Below are positions 21,140-31,721 of a stretch of 64,000 nucleotides of DNA, piece by piece. Every line of letters begins with the position of its first letter. Position 1 is the first letter of the stretch. Origin of the DNA: Spirochaetia bacterium (GTDB lineage: Bacteria; Spirochaetota; Spirochaetia; CADAEX01); contig CAXXHA010000029.1 in the NCBI GenBank assembly GCA_963662265.2, forward strand, positions 160,954 through 224,953, given 5' to 3'. The translations under genes were made by a program, and so were the position numbers. Under the pieces are notes generated by a model. It was not told where the DNA came from, ran no database searches, and was given only the letters and a program-made list of their open reading frames with translations.

Positions 21140-22642
21140 TTATAAAAAATTGGTTTTATTCAATGCATTAACATAAGCTATTGCGCTTGCTTCAAGGATA
21201 TCTGTGGAAGACCCTCTTCCTTTGAGCTTGTTCCCGTCAACTTCTATTGAAACAAAAACTTCCCCCATAGCCTGTTTTCCCGGTGTTACAGCTGATACCT
21301 TGTATTCTTTAAGAGTTGCTTTTATTTTTACCGCCCTTTCTATAGCATTGAATATGGCATCAACCGGACCGTCACCTGTTGCAGCTTCTTCCATGACCTT
21401 GTCATCGTTAAGTACTCTTACAGTTGCTGTCGGAACTGATGTGTTCCCTGAAATAACATTAAAGTAATCAAGCTTGAATACTGCTGATTTCATTCCAAGT
21501 TCATCAGTAACAATAGTGATAAGGTCGTCATCATAAACCTCTTTTTTCCTGTCAGCAATATAAAGGAATCTCTTGTAAATATTCTGGATTTCCTCTTCCG
21601 ACAGTTTGAACCCGAGTTCTGAAACCCTGCTCTTGAAACCGTGAAGACCGGAATGGCGTCCGAGTACAATATCGCTGTTTTCCCTTCCGATTGATGCAGG
21701 TGTCATTATTTCATATGTTTCCCTGTTTTTAAGGAATCCGTCCTGATGAATACCTGATTCATGTGCAAAAGCATTTGCACCTACTATTGGCTTGTTTCTT
21801 GCAAGGTTAAGCCCTGTAATATTTGATATGAGACGTGATGAATTATATATATGATTTGTATTTATGTTTGTTTTATACGGGAGCTTGTCCTTCCTTACAT
21901 ACATAGCCATGATAAGTTCTTCAAGAGCCGCATTTCCCGCTCTTTCCCCTATGCCATTGAGAGTTACTTCAGCCTGTCTTGCCCCGTTATCAATAGCTGC
22001 TACAGTATTTGCAACAGCAAGGCCGAGGTCATTATGGCAATGAACAGAAATAACTGCTTTATCAATATTAGGCACATTGTTTTTAATATTGTGAATGAAA
22101 TTGCCGAATTCCCTGGGTACAGCATAACCGACTGTATCCGGAATATTTATGACAGTGGCTCCGGCATTAATTACTTTTTCTATAATCCTGTAAAGAAACT
22201 CAGGTTCGCTTCTTGATGCATCTTCGGGTGAAAATTCAACTTCACCTGCCTTGTTCCTTGCGTAAGTGACTCCCCTGACTGCCATTTCAATCACGTCTTC
22301 GGGTGATTTGTTAAGCTTGTACTTCATATGGATTGGAGAAGTTGCAATAAAAGTGTGAATTCTGGAAGACGCTGCTTTTGCAAGGGCTTCTGATGCTGCA
22401 TCAATATCTTTTTCAACAGTTCTTGCAAGAACAGCAATTGTGCTGTTTTTGATTTTTTCAGCTATCTGCTGGCATGCCTGAAACTGGAATGGTGATGAAA
22501 CAGGGAAGCCTGCTTCAATAACATCAACACCAAGTCTTTCAAGCTGAACAGCTATTTCATATTTCTGTTCAATTGACATGGATGCACCGGGTGACTGTTC
22601 TCCGTCTCTTAATGTTGTATCAAAAATATAAATTTGATCCAT
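21140..22642 (-). CDS. leuA: 2-isopropylmalate synthase
   Basis: FDTTLRDGEQSPG, HCHNDLGLA, GERAGNA, AHESGIHQDG, GDGPVDA, STDILEAS. Confidence 0.95.
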   Translation of the reverse strand: MDQIYIFDTTLRDGEQSPGASMSIEQKYEIAVQLERLGVDVIEAGFPVSSPFQFQACQQIAEKIKNSTIAVLARTVEKDIDAASEALAKAASSRIHTFIATSPIHMKYKLNKSPEDVIEMAVRGVTYARNKAGEVEFSPEDASRSEPEFLYRIIEKVINAGATVINIPDTVGYAVPREFGNFIHNIKNNVPNIDKAVISVHCHNDLGLAVANTVAAIDNGARQAEVTLNGIGERAGNAALEELIMAMYVRKDKLPYKTNINTNHIYNSSRLISNITGLNLARNKPIVGANAFAHESGIHQDGFLKNRETYEIMTPASIGRENSDIVLGRHSGLHGFKSRVSELGFKLSEEEIQNIYKRFLYIADRKKEVYDDDLITIVTDELGMKSAVFKLDYFNVISGNTSVPTATVRVLNDDKVMEEAATGDGPVDAIFNAIERAVKIKATLKEYKVSAVTPGKQAMGEVFVSIEVDGNKLKGRGSSTDILEASAIAYVNALNKTNFL

Positions 22643-22727
22643 AATTTTTCTCTCCTATATTGCTTTCAAGTTTTCAAGAAAGTCTCAGTCTCTGACAATA
22701 AAACCAGTTTTATTATTCACTCAGGGT

Positions 22728-22766
22728 AAAAAAAAAAGCCGCCCTGTTGAAGGACGGCTTTTTTTT
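22728..22766 (-). terminator. Attenuator terminator upstream of leuA
   Basis: Minus strand A8-GCCGTCCT-TCAAC-AGGGCGGC-T10. Confidence 0.9.
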
Positions 22767-22779
22767 ATGGTTATCAGCA

Positions 22780-22878
22780 TTATCCTTCCTGCAAATTTTC
22801 CCCGCTAATTAGAATAATAATAATGAGTAGGTTAATAATTGCAGAAATTGTAATGTTTTTAATGGATTTCTCTGTCAT
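22780..22878 (-). CDS. Ile/Leu-rich leader peptide, 32 aa (MTEKSIKNITISAIINLLIIIILISGENLQEG)
   Basis: Manual translation; 10 Ile and 4 Leu codons; stop codon 13 nt before the terminator element. Confidence 0.85.
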   Translation of the reverse strand: MTEKSIKNITISAIINLLIIIILISGENLQEG

Positions 22879-22885
22879 ATATACC

Positions 22886-22914
22886 TGTTTAACTAATGAT
22901 TTAAAAATTGTCAA
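22886..22914 (-). promoter_or_regulatory. Candidate promoter of the leader-leuA-cimA transcript
   Basis: TTGACA-N17-TAAACA (imperfect -10), 7 nt before the leader ATG. Confidence 0.45.
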
Positions 22915-23010
22915 GAAAAAAAGTGTAAAAAACAATTATCTATGAAAAAAAATTATGATAATAAGGCAGAAAAACACTGATGTTAGTGGTAAAAAGAGAA
23001 TAAAATAGGC

Positions 23011-23039
23011 TTGACCTGTAATTTTAATAACCATAAAAT
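23011..23039 (+). promoter_or_regulatory. Sigma70 promoter, leaderless geometry
   Basis: TTGACC-N17-TAAAAT-N6-ATG(23046); no SD. Confidence 0.7.
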
Positions 23040-23045
23040 TATAGT

Positions 23046-24776
23046 ATGGGAAAAAAAGATGTTTTCGAACAACTAGCTGATGACCTTCCTGATGATGAAA
23101 GAATTACGATGCTGAATGAGATAAAAGAGGATCTCAAGAAGCATCAAAAAGTTGAAAGCAAAGAGCCTGAAAAACAGATAAAGAAAGACAAGGAACACAA
23201 ACTTGTTGAAACAGAATATCATAATTCAAGTCTTATAGATAAAATACAGCTGTTTATCAAAAAAATTATTACCGGAAAATCTGTATATGCTTTAATGAAA
23301 GAAAAGATGATTAAAAATCTTGGGAAATCTGTAGAACATGATTACCCCGGATTCGTTGATATCAAGGATTCAAGAATTAAGGAACCATACTGCAATGAAA
23401 TCCAGCTGCTGAAAACTTCAATAGCTGATATTACTGACGTTTTCAATGTTATTGAAAACTTCGGGAAAGCAGAATTTTACCAGTTTATTGCAGCTTCTGA
23501 AATGTCTGAACTTGAAGAGACACTGGAAAAAAATACTGATCCTGACTTTATTCTTAGAACAGGGCTTGTAACAGAGCGTAAAAAAGTACGAAATGAAATT
23601 ATAAGGCAGTATCATGATATTATTGAATCTGTTGACAGTATTGAAAAGGAAAAGGTTTATGAGATAATCAGGGCTTTTTTTCTTTTAAAGCAGCTTGTTA
23701 TATTTAATTTTGACAGTTTCTCCAGAAAAATTGAATTTGAGCCCAATGGCAATAAATTCTCATCATTCGGCAACTGCAGAAAAATTATCAGGGATCTGTA
23801 TGAGATAGTATTCAACATACAGAATTCCTCTGCTCCATACAAGAAACTCCTGAGATATATGGCGGAATTCTATTATGAAAAGGGTGATGCGGCTGCAAAA
23901 GTTTCCAGGGAAGATTTTCTGAATAAAATGCTTAACAAGCTGATAAGTGATTTTAATGTCATAGAAACATTCAGCAAAAACACCCCTATGAAGAATCTGA
24001 TAAAATATATGTACAAGGATTTTCATTATGAGCCGGGAAAAATTACCGGCGGTGAAGAGTGGTTCAATGTCTATAAAAATTATCTTAAGGAGAAAATTGA
24101 CAGAAAGTATGATATCTTTCTGAACGATCAGAAAAAGAATGATATTCTTCGTAAACTCAGACATTTCATAGATACACTGCCGGATGAGAAGAATCTTAAT
24201 TTTTCCGTGGATGTGAAGGAACGTATTTATAGATTTGAATACGCAAACCTGTTTTTCTATCTGAAAGAGCTTAAAAACACATTTTACCAGAAAAAAATAG
24301 AAAGAATTGTCTCTGCAGTACTGCTTGACGGTGCTTTTTACAAGGATACAAATAAAAAGGAATTATACGAGGCATATAATTTTCTGAATACAATAGATGT
24401 TGAATTCAGAAATTTCAAGAACAGGATAGATCCCGAGAGTGAAGAAATAAAAAATATCAGAAAATACAATTTCGAAGAGACATCCAAGAAGCTCCAGAAA
24501 AAGAAAACCGAACGTTTTATAAACGAAATCAATGAGAGCCTTCTCGAAAAATACAATGAATACTACAATGCATTTGTTTCTGTCAGCAATGTACTTTATG
24601 GAATTGTGAACGGCAATATAGGCGGTAAATATGACACTCTTTCCAATGTTTCAGATGTGTGTGAAGAAAAAACTTTCATGTCGCTGACATCAATAAATAC
24701 TGTAAACAATAATCTCAAGGAAATGCTGAAGATGCTGAATGACCTTACTGATCTCTATGGTATAAAAAGTGAATAA
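23046..24776 (+). CDS. Conserved spirochaete hypothetical protein (DUF5312-like)
   Basis: 576-aa helical ORF with FEQL...ER..ML, GGEEWF and YDTLSN motifs; family assignment is from memory. Confidence 0.6.
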   Translation: MGKKDVFEQLADDLPDDERITMLNEIKEDLKKHQKVESKEPEKQIKKDKEHKLVETEYHNSSLIDKIQLFIKKIITGKSVYALMKEKMIKNLGKSVEHDYPGFVDIKDSRIKEPYCNEIQLLKTSIADITDVFNVIENFGKAEFYQFIAASEMSELEETLEKNTDPDFILRTGLVTERKKVRNEIIRQYHDIIESVDSIEKEKVYEIIRAFFLLKQLVIFNFDSFSRKIEFEPNGNKFSSFGNCRKIIRDLYEIVFNIQNSSAPYKKLLRYMAEFYYEKGDAAAKVSREDFLNKMLNKLISDFNVIETFSKNTPMKNLIKYMYKDFHYEPGKITGGEEWFNVYKNYLKEKIDRKYDIFLNDQKKNDILRKLRHFIDTLPDEKNLNFSVDVKERIYRFEYANLFFYLKELKNTFYQKKIERIVSAVLLDGAFYKDTNKKELYEAYNFLNTIDVEFRNFKNRIDPESEEIKNIRKYNFEETSKKLQKKKTERFINEINESLLEKYNEYYNAFVSVSNVLYGIVNGNIGGKYDTLSNVSDVCEEKTFMSLTSINTVNNNLKEMLKMLNDLTDLYGIKSE

Positions 24777-25521
24777 ATTTATAGAAACTGATTCTGATAA
24801 TTACCTTAAATTCGATTTCAGCACATCTGATTCACCTGAGTGTATTATGTCTCTCAGATCTGCAGGCGGAATGGGAAGAAATACTGATCCTGAAACAGCA
24901 GAGCGCAGGAATTTTCTGGAAAAGACAGGTGTAGAGGATTATTTTAAGCTTAACCAGACTCACAGCCGGATTGTTCATAATGCTGCAGATCTAGGCAGTG
25001 CTGATAACGTTGTTGAAGGGGACGGCCTTTATTCCTTCAGCCGTGAAAATATACTTGCTGTTACTGCCGCAGACTGCATGCCTGTGTTTTTCTTCAGCAG
25101 ATCAGAAGGAGTATTCGGGGTTCTTCACTCCGGATGGAAAGGTACCGGCATATCGATAGAAGCTGTCCAGGAGATAGAGAAAGATGCCGGCAGACAGATT
25201 GATGACTTTGAATTCATACTTGGGCCTTCAATAGGGTCCTGCTGTTATGAGGTGGACCGTGACAGGGCAGAAGTATTTGAAAATCTTTATGGAAGTGATT
25301 CTGTAGTTACAAGGGATAATTCCGGCTATAAAAAAGAAAGCGGAAAAAGATATTATCTTGATCTCATAAAGGCAAATACAGCTGTTCTTGATAAAAAAGG
25401 GATTAAAAATATTAAAATAATTGAAAACTGCACCTGCTGCAGTGAAAACTTCTATTCTTTCCGCGGAGATGGGCCGAAACAGTTCAGGCTCATGCTTGCA
25501 CTAATCGGATATTTTAGATAA
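24769..25521 (+). CDS. pgeF: YfiH/PgeF-family (laccase-domain) protein
   Basis: QTHS, EGDGL, ADCMPV, HSGWKG, GPSIGSCCYEV, CTCC, YSFR. Confidence 0.88.
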   Translation: MNKFIETDSDNYLKFDFSTSDSPECIMSLRSAGGMGRNTDPETAERRNFLEKTGVEDYFKLNQTHSRIVHNAADLGSADNVVEGDGLYSFSRENILAVTAADCMPVFFFSRSEGVFGVLHSGWKGTGISIEAVQEIEKDAGRQIDDFEFILGPSIGSCCYEVDRDRAEVFENLYGSDSVVTRDNSGYKKESGKRYYLDLIKANTAVLDKKGIKNIKIIENCTCCSENFYSFRGDGPKQFRLMLALIGYFR

Positions 25522-25531
25522 TTTAACTGGT

Positions 25532-27265
25532 ATGGATAATGTTAAAGATATACTCAGAAAAAAGATCTTCAGTGCTGTAAGCAGTATTGCAGATAATATA
25601 GATTCAAAACCGGAGGATATAGTAGTTGAAACACCTCCGAAGCCGGAACTCGGGGATTATGCTTTTCCCATGTTTCCCTTTGCAAAAGCCTTGAGAAAAT
25701 CTCCTGTTCAGATAGCTTCCCAGATTGCTGAAATGCTTTCAGCAGATGATGCTAACAGCTATCAGGCAACAGGCCCCTATATAAATGTCAAAATAAAAAG
25801 AGACTCTGTTGTCAGTGACACCCTCAGGCAGGTGGAAGAAGAGGGGGACAGGTACGGTTTCAGCAACAGCAGAAGCGGCGAAAAGATAATGCTTGAATTT
25901 TCATGTCCCAATACAAATAAGCCTCTTCACCTCGGGCACCTAAGAAATGACTCATTGGGTGAAAGTGTTTCAAGAATTCTCAAGGCAAACGGAGCTGATG
26001 TTAAAAAGGTGAACCTGATCAATGACCGGGGTATTCATATATGTAAATCAATGCTTGCCTATAAGGAACTTGGAAACGGGACAACACCTGAATCTGAAAA
26101 CATGAAAAGCGACCATTTTGTAGGCAAGTATTATGTTGAATTCACAAATCTTTCAAAACAGGATGAAAAGGCAGAAGAAAGAGCGCGTGAAATGCTTGTT
26201 AAATGGGAAAAAGGCGATGAAGAAACCATAAAGCTCTGGAAACAGATGAACAGGTGGACAATTGACGGTGTTAATGAGACATATGAGAAGACAGGTATTT
26301 CCTTTGACAAGGTATATTATGAAAGCGAAACATATGCTTCAGGTAAAGAGGAAGTACTGAAAGGTATTGAAAAAGGGGTTTTCTACAAAGATGAAAAAGG
26401 AACTGTCTGGGTTGATCTTGAAGATATCAACCTTGACAAGAAAGTTCTTTTAAGGGCTGACGGAACATCTCTATATCTTACACAGGATTTAGGAACTGCT
26501 ATCAAACGGCATGGAGACTGGCCGTTTGAAACTCTTATATATGTTGTTGCATCTGAGCAGCAGTACCATTTCAAGGTTCTTTTCGAAGTTCTTTCAAGGC
26601 TTGGCTATAAATGGGCTGAAAACCTTTACCATCTTTCATACGGAATGGTTAACCTTCCTGAAGGGAAGATGAAATCCCGTGAGGGAACAGTTGTTGATGC
26701 TGATGATCTTTTTGCTGAACTCGCATCAATGGCGAAAAATGAGATTATTGAAAAAGAAAGGGCTGAATTTATAGATGATATCGAAGATACATCGGAAAAA
26801 ATAGCTCTTTCAGCTCTCAACTACTATCTTCTTTCCACAAATCCGACAAAGGATATGATATTCAATCCAAAGGAATCTCTCTCCTTCAACGGAAACACAG
26901 GTCCTTATCTTCAGTATATGGGGGCCAGGATAGTAAGTATTTTAAGAAAATTCGGCAGAAATGCAGACAGGGCATCGGTTGATACTTCACTTCTGAAAAC
27001 TGATGATGAGTGGGATCTGATAAAAATGATAGGTGCATTTTCAGATGTAGTTGAAGAGGCCGGCAGGGAATATAACCCCGCTTCTGTAACTTCCTACACA
27101 TATGAACTTGCAAAAAGATTCAGTAAATATTATCATGATGTTCAGATACTCAACAACGAAGACAGTAATCTTGTTGAGGCTCGTGTATATCTCGTCGAAA
27201 TGGTACTGCAGGTACTGAAAAACTGTTTCAGCCTGATAGGGATACCGTTTCTTGAAGTTATGTGA
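25532..27265 (+). CDS. argS: Arginine--tRNA ligase
   Basis: EFSCPNTNKPLHLGHLRN, KMKSREG, GNTGPYLQY. Confidence 0.97.
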   Translation: MDNVKDILRKKIFSAVSSIADNIDSKPEDIVVETPPKPELGDYAFPMFPFAKALRKSPVQIASQIAEMLSADDANSYQATGPYINVKIKRDSVVSDTLRQVEEEGDRYGFSNSRSGEKIMLEFSCPNTNKPLHLGHLRNDSLGESVSRILKANGADVKKVNLINDRGIHICKSMLAYKELGNGTTPESENMKSDHFVGKYYVEFTNLSKQDEKAEERAREMLVKWEKGDEETIKLWKQMNRWTIDGVNETYEKTGISFDKVYYESETYASGKEEVLKGIEKGVFYKDEKGTVWVDLEDINLDKKVLLRADGTSLYLTQDLGTAIKRHGDWPFETLIYVVASEQQYHFKVLFEVLSRLGYKWAENLYHLSYGMVNLPEGKMKSREGTVVDADDLFAELASMAKNEIIEKERAEFIDDIEDTSEKIALSALNYYLLSTNPTKDMIFNPKESLSFNGNTGPYLQYMGARIVSILRKFGRNADRASVDTSLLKTDDEWDLIKMIGAFSDVVEEAGREYNPASVTSYTYELAKRFSKYYHDVQILNNEDSNLVEARVYLVEMVLQVLKNCFSLIGIPFLEVM

Positions 27266-27346
27266 TCAAAAGAGGGGTCTATTGACCTTGATTGATTATT
27301 GTGGTATATGAATATACTGAAAAATACAATATGGTAGGGAATTAGA

Positions 27347-27661
27347 ATGTACGCACTGGTTGAAATTAAAGGAAAACAATACAAAGCAGAAAAGGGAGCT
27401 GTCCTCAAAGTAGATAGAATTGATTCTGAAAAAGGTGATTCTCTCGAATTCGATAAAGTTCTTATGCTTAGTAATGATAGTGATGTTAAAATTGGTACTC
27501 CTTATGTAGAGGGAATCAAGGTACAGGGTTCTGTAGAGGATCAGATTAAAGATAAAAAGGTAGTTGTGTTCAAGTACAAAAGAAGAAAAAACTACAAAAG
27601 AACACAGGGCCACAGACAGCAGTATACTCTTGTTAAAATCAACGACATAGTCGGAGCATAA
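27347..27661 (+). CDS. rplU: 50S ribosomal protein L21
   Basis: MYALVEIKGKQYK, GHRQQYT. Confidence 0.97.
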   Translation: MYALVEIKGKQYKAEKGAVLKVDRIDSEKGDSLEFDKVLMLSNDSDVKIGTPYVEGIKVQGSVEDQIKDKKVVVFKYKRRKNYKRTQGHRQQYTLVKINDIVGA

Positions 27662-27669
27662 CAGATAAA

Positions 27670-28002
27670 TTGCTGAAAATTCTGATCAGGCTTGATACAG
27701 GCAGAGTATTGAGGGAAATCAGAGCATCAGGACATGCGGGAGATGATGCAAAGGGGCATAATACAGTCTGCGCCGCTGCAACATCTCTTATCAGGTCTGC
27801 ATGCAGAACTGTTACATGTGATTCAGAAATAAAATCCATGTTTTCTGCACCTGAACCTGGACAGCTGGACTTCAGTATTCATCATTATGAATCACTGAAG
27901 TCGGAGTGGTTGAAAGGAATAACTGATTATTTGTTAACAGGATTAACAGATCTTGATAATGAATATCCGGAATATTTTGAAATAAATATAACAACTATTT
28001 GA
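27670..28002 (+). CDS. prp: Ribosomal-processing cysteine protease Prp (DUF464)
   Basis: SGHAG and VCAA catalytic motifs; located between rplU and rpmA. Confidence 0.85.
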   Translation: MLKILIRLDTGRVLREIRASGHAGDDAKGHNTVCAAATSLIRSACRTVTCDSEIKSMFSAPEPGQLDFSIHHYESLKSEWLKGITDYLLTGLTDLDNEYPEYFEINITTI

Positions 28003-28013
28003 AGGAGATATAA

Positions 28014-28265
28014 ATGGCTCATAAGAAAGGCGGCGGTAGCTCAAAGAACGGAAGAGATTCAAATTCCAAGAGACTTGGTGTAAAAAAATTCGGCGGTGAA
28101 GTAGTAACTGCAGGATCAATCATTGTAAGACAGAAAGGTACAAAATTCCACTGCGGTGACAATGCAGGTCTCGGAAGAGATTATACAATTTTTGCTAAAC
28201 TTGACGGAAAAGTTGTATTTACAAGCAGAAAAGGAAAAAAATATATTTCTGTTGAAGCAGTTTAA
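28014..28265 (+). CDS. rpmA: 50S ribosomal protein L27
   Basis: [21 protein letters not shown]. Confidence 0.97.
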   Translation: MAHKKGGGSSKNGRDSNSKRLGVKKFGGEVVTAGSIIVRQKGTKFHCGDNAGLGRDYTIFAKLDGKVVFTSRKGKKYISVEAV

Positions 28266-29291
<1,026 letters not shown>

Positions 29292-29330
29292 TGCAGGTAT
29301 ATATAAATTCTTTTAATTTGCATTGCTTTT

Positions 29331-29396
29331 GCCACAATGTAAGCCCCTTTCAGGGGCGAGACTGCAAAACCACCAGCAACGCAGGTGGTTGATGGC
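29331..29396. other. GC-rich double-hairpin element between obgE and nadD
   Basis: GCCCCT-TTC-AGGGGC and AACCACC-agcaacgca-GGTGGTT enclosed by GCCA/TGGC. Confidence 0.55.
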
Positions 29397-29402
29397 TGAA
29401 TA

Positions 29403-29972
29403 ATGAAAATTCTTATATTCGGCGGAAGCTTTAACCCGCTACATAACGGACATCTGTTTATAGCAGAAGAAGCAAAATACACACTTTCCTACGACAGAGT
29501 TATTTTTGTCCCTTCAAATATATCTTCGCATAAAGAAGACAGGACAGGACTGGACCCTGAAGCCAGATTCAGCATGCTTGAAGAGGCATTGAAGGAATAT
29601 CCTGATTTTACAGTCGACAGATTTGATATAGAGCATGGCGGAGTATCATATTCAGTAAATACAATTGACCATATTTACAGGAACTACAGATTTGACGGAA
29701 AACCGGGATTTGTAATAGGGGATGATCTTCTGCCGGGGTTCAATTCATGGAAAAATGTTGATGAACTCATTAAAAAAATCGATCTGGTAGTTGTGAGACG
29801 TGAATCAGATGAGAAAATTGAATCTGAATACCCTGATTATTACATAGATAATACAGTTCTGCCGATATCTTCTACAGATATAAGAAACAGAATCAAAGAG
29901 GGTAAATCGGTTAAATTCCTTGTTCCTGATATAATCAGGGAAATGATTGAAAAAAATGGTTATTACAGATAA
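29403..29972 (+). CDS. nadD: Nicotinate-nucleotide adenylyltransferase
   Basis: FGGSFNPLHNGH, SYSVNT, ISSTDIR. Confidence 0.95.
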   Translation: MKILIFGGSFNPLHNGHLFIAEEAKYTLSYDRVIFVPSNISSHKEDRTGLDPEARFSMLEEALKEYPDFTVDRFDIEHGGVSYSVNTIDHIYRNYRFDGKPGFVIGDDLLPGFNSWKNVDELIKKIDLVVVRRESDEKIESEYPDYYIDNTVLPISSTDIRNRIKEGKSVKFLVPDIIREMIEKNGYYR

Positions 29973-30552
29973 TAAAATAAAAGAATTTGATAAATATTTA
30001 AAAGAAAACCTTTCCTATGAAAGATATGCTCATTCATTGTCGACAGCTGAAACTGCTGAAAAACTCTGCATCAATTTCGGAATAGATCCTGTGAAGGGGT
30101 ATTTCACAGGGCTTGTTCATGATATTGCCAGGGAATATGATAATGATGAAATTATAAATACATGTGTAGAAAAGGGTGAAAAAGTACATGAATGGGAAGA
30201 AAGAGAACCTGTACTTCTTCATGGAAAAGCGGGAGCAGGAATTCTTAAAAATGATTTTTCAGTAAGCGACGAGGAAATACTTGACGCAGTGCGTCTCCAT
30301 ACAACCGGAGCTCCCGGTATGAGCAGTCTTGCAAAAATTCTTTTTATATCAGATTATATTGAACCATGCAGAAAGCATATAACTGAAGAATATCTTGAGA
30401 ATCTTGATTTCAGTGATATGAATATAATGCTTAAAACTGTTCTTGAATCTATAATTGAATATATGAAATCACGAGGCGGAAAGCCTTCAGATATATCAAT
30501 AGAACTGTTAAAGGAACTGGAAACATGCGAAGAAACAGTAAACCAGATATAA
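29956..30552 (+). CDS. yqeK: YqeK-type HD hydrolase (Ap4A hydrolase)
   Basis: RYAHS, LVHDIAR, LLHG, HTTG, SDYIEP; follows nadD. Confidence 0.88.
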   Translation: MVITDNKIKEFDKYLKENLSYERYAHSLSTAETAEKLCINFGIDPVKGYFTGLVHDIAREYDNDEIINTCVEKGEKVHEWEEREPVLLHGKAGAGILKNDFSVSDEEILDAVRLHTTGAPGMSSLAKILFISDYIEPCRKHITEEYLENLDFSDMNIMLKTVLESIIEYMKSRGGKPSDISIELLKELETCEETVNQI

Positions 30553-31721
30553 ATATAATATTTCTTCTTCTTATCCTGACTATTTTAGCAGGAACCGGTG
30601 TATATATATTTCTGCAGCTGAGGACTGATGAAATAACACACAAGGTGGAACAGCAGGAGGAAATTGTCTTAAATATTAATATCTGCGACAATGAAAAACT
30701 TCTTTTTTCAGAACTCCTTATATACAATACAAAAACACACAAAGCTGCGATTTTCAACATACCCGGCAATTACGGATCAATAATAGACAAGATCTCAAGA
30801 ATTGCACGGATAGATGTGCTGTTTGACAATAAAAAACCGAAAGATTTTGTCGAGAAAATTGAAAAAATAACAGAACTTGAAATTCCCTATTATATAAATA
30901 TTGATATAAAGAATGTCGCAAAAATAGTTGATCTTATATCAGGGCTTGATATTTTTATAGCAAATCCGGTTGAAAATATAACTGAAAAGGATATTGTCCT
31001 GTTACCGTCCGGAAGCAATATGCTTGACGGCGACAAGATTGTATCTTTTCTAACATACAGTTCAGATGATGAAAATGATACAGATCTGATTGGCAGGTGG
31101 CATAAATTCCTGCAGGGATTCCTTAAAAAAATAGGTGAAGAATCGGTTTTCCTGACAAGCAAGAGAGTTTTCAGCAGGTTTTCAGGTAATATAAAAACAA
31201 ACCTTAACAGGGAATCTCTTATTTCATTTGTCCGTGAATTAAAACTGATGGACAGCGAAAGGATTATTTTCCAGAGAATTCTCGGGACCAGGAAAAAAAT
31301 TGATGACGATATTCTTCTTTTTCCCTATTACAACGGCAACCTTGTAAAGGAAACGCTTAAGCAGACAATATCTTCAATTGATAATGAAGATATTATAAGC
31401 GATGAGGAAATTAATATAACAGTTGAAATACAGAACGGTACAAGTACAGCCGGGCTTGCAAACAGAACAGCATACATGCTGAAAAATTTCGGGTATGAAA
31501 TAATTTCCGTAAAAAATGCGGATAGAAACGATTATGAAAAAACAAAAATAATTTCAAAAAATAATGAATATATTTCTGCACAAAAAGTTGCAAATCTAAT
31601 AAGATGCAAAAATATAGACAATACATTGCCAGATGAGAATGATGAACTGCAGATTGGTGAGGACAATCTGGATGTTGTAATAATACTTGGGAAGGATTTT
31701 GATGGAAGATACTGTAAATAA
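30525..31721 (+). CDS. LCP-like membrane protein with LytR C-terminal domain
   Basis: N-terminal TM helix, LCP-like core, VEIQNGTSTAGLA, NADRNDY, IILGKDF. Confidence 0.78.
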   Translation: MRRNSKPDINIIFLLLILTILAGTGVYIFLQLRTDEITHKVEQQEEIVLNINICDNEKLLFSELLIYNTKTHKAAIFNIPGNYGSIIDKISRIARIDVLFDNKKPKDFVEKIEKITELEIPYYINIDIKNVAKIVDLISGLDIFIANPVENITEKDIVLLPSGSNMLDGDKIVSFLTYSSDDENDTDLIGRWHKFLQGFLKKIGEESVFLTSKRVFSRFSGNIKTNLNRESLISFVRELKLMDSERIIFQRILGTRKKIDDDILLFPYYNGNLVKETLKQTISSIDNEDIISDEEINITVEIQNGTSTAGLANRTAYMLKNFGYEIISVKNADRNDYEKTKIISKNNEYISAQKVANLIRCKNIDNTLPDENDELQIGEDNLDVVIILGKDFDGRYCK

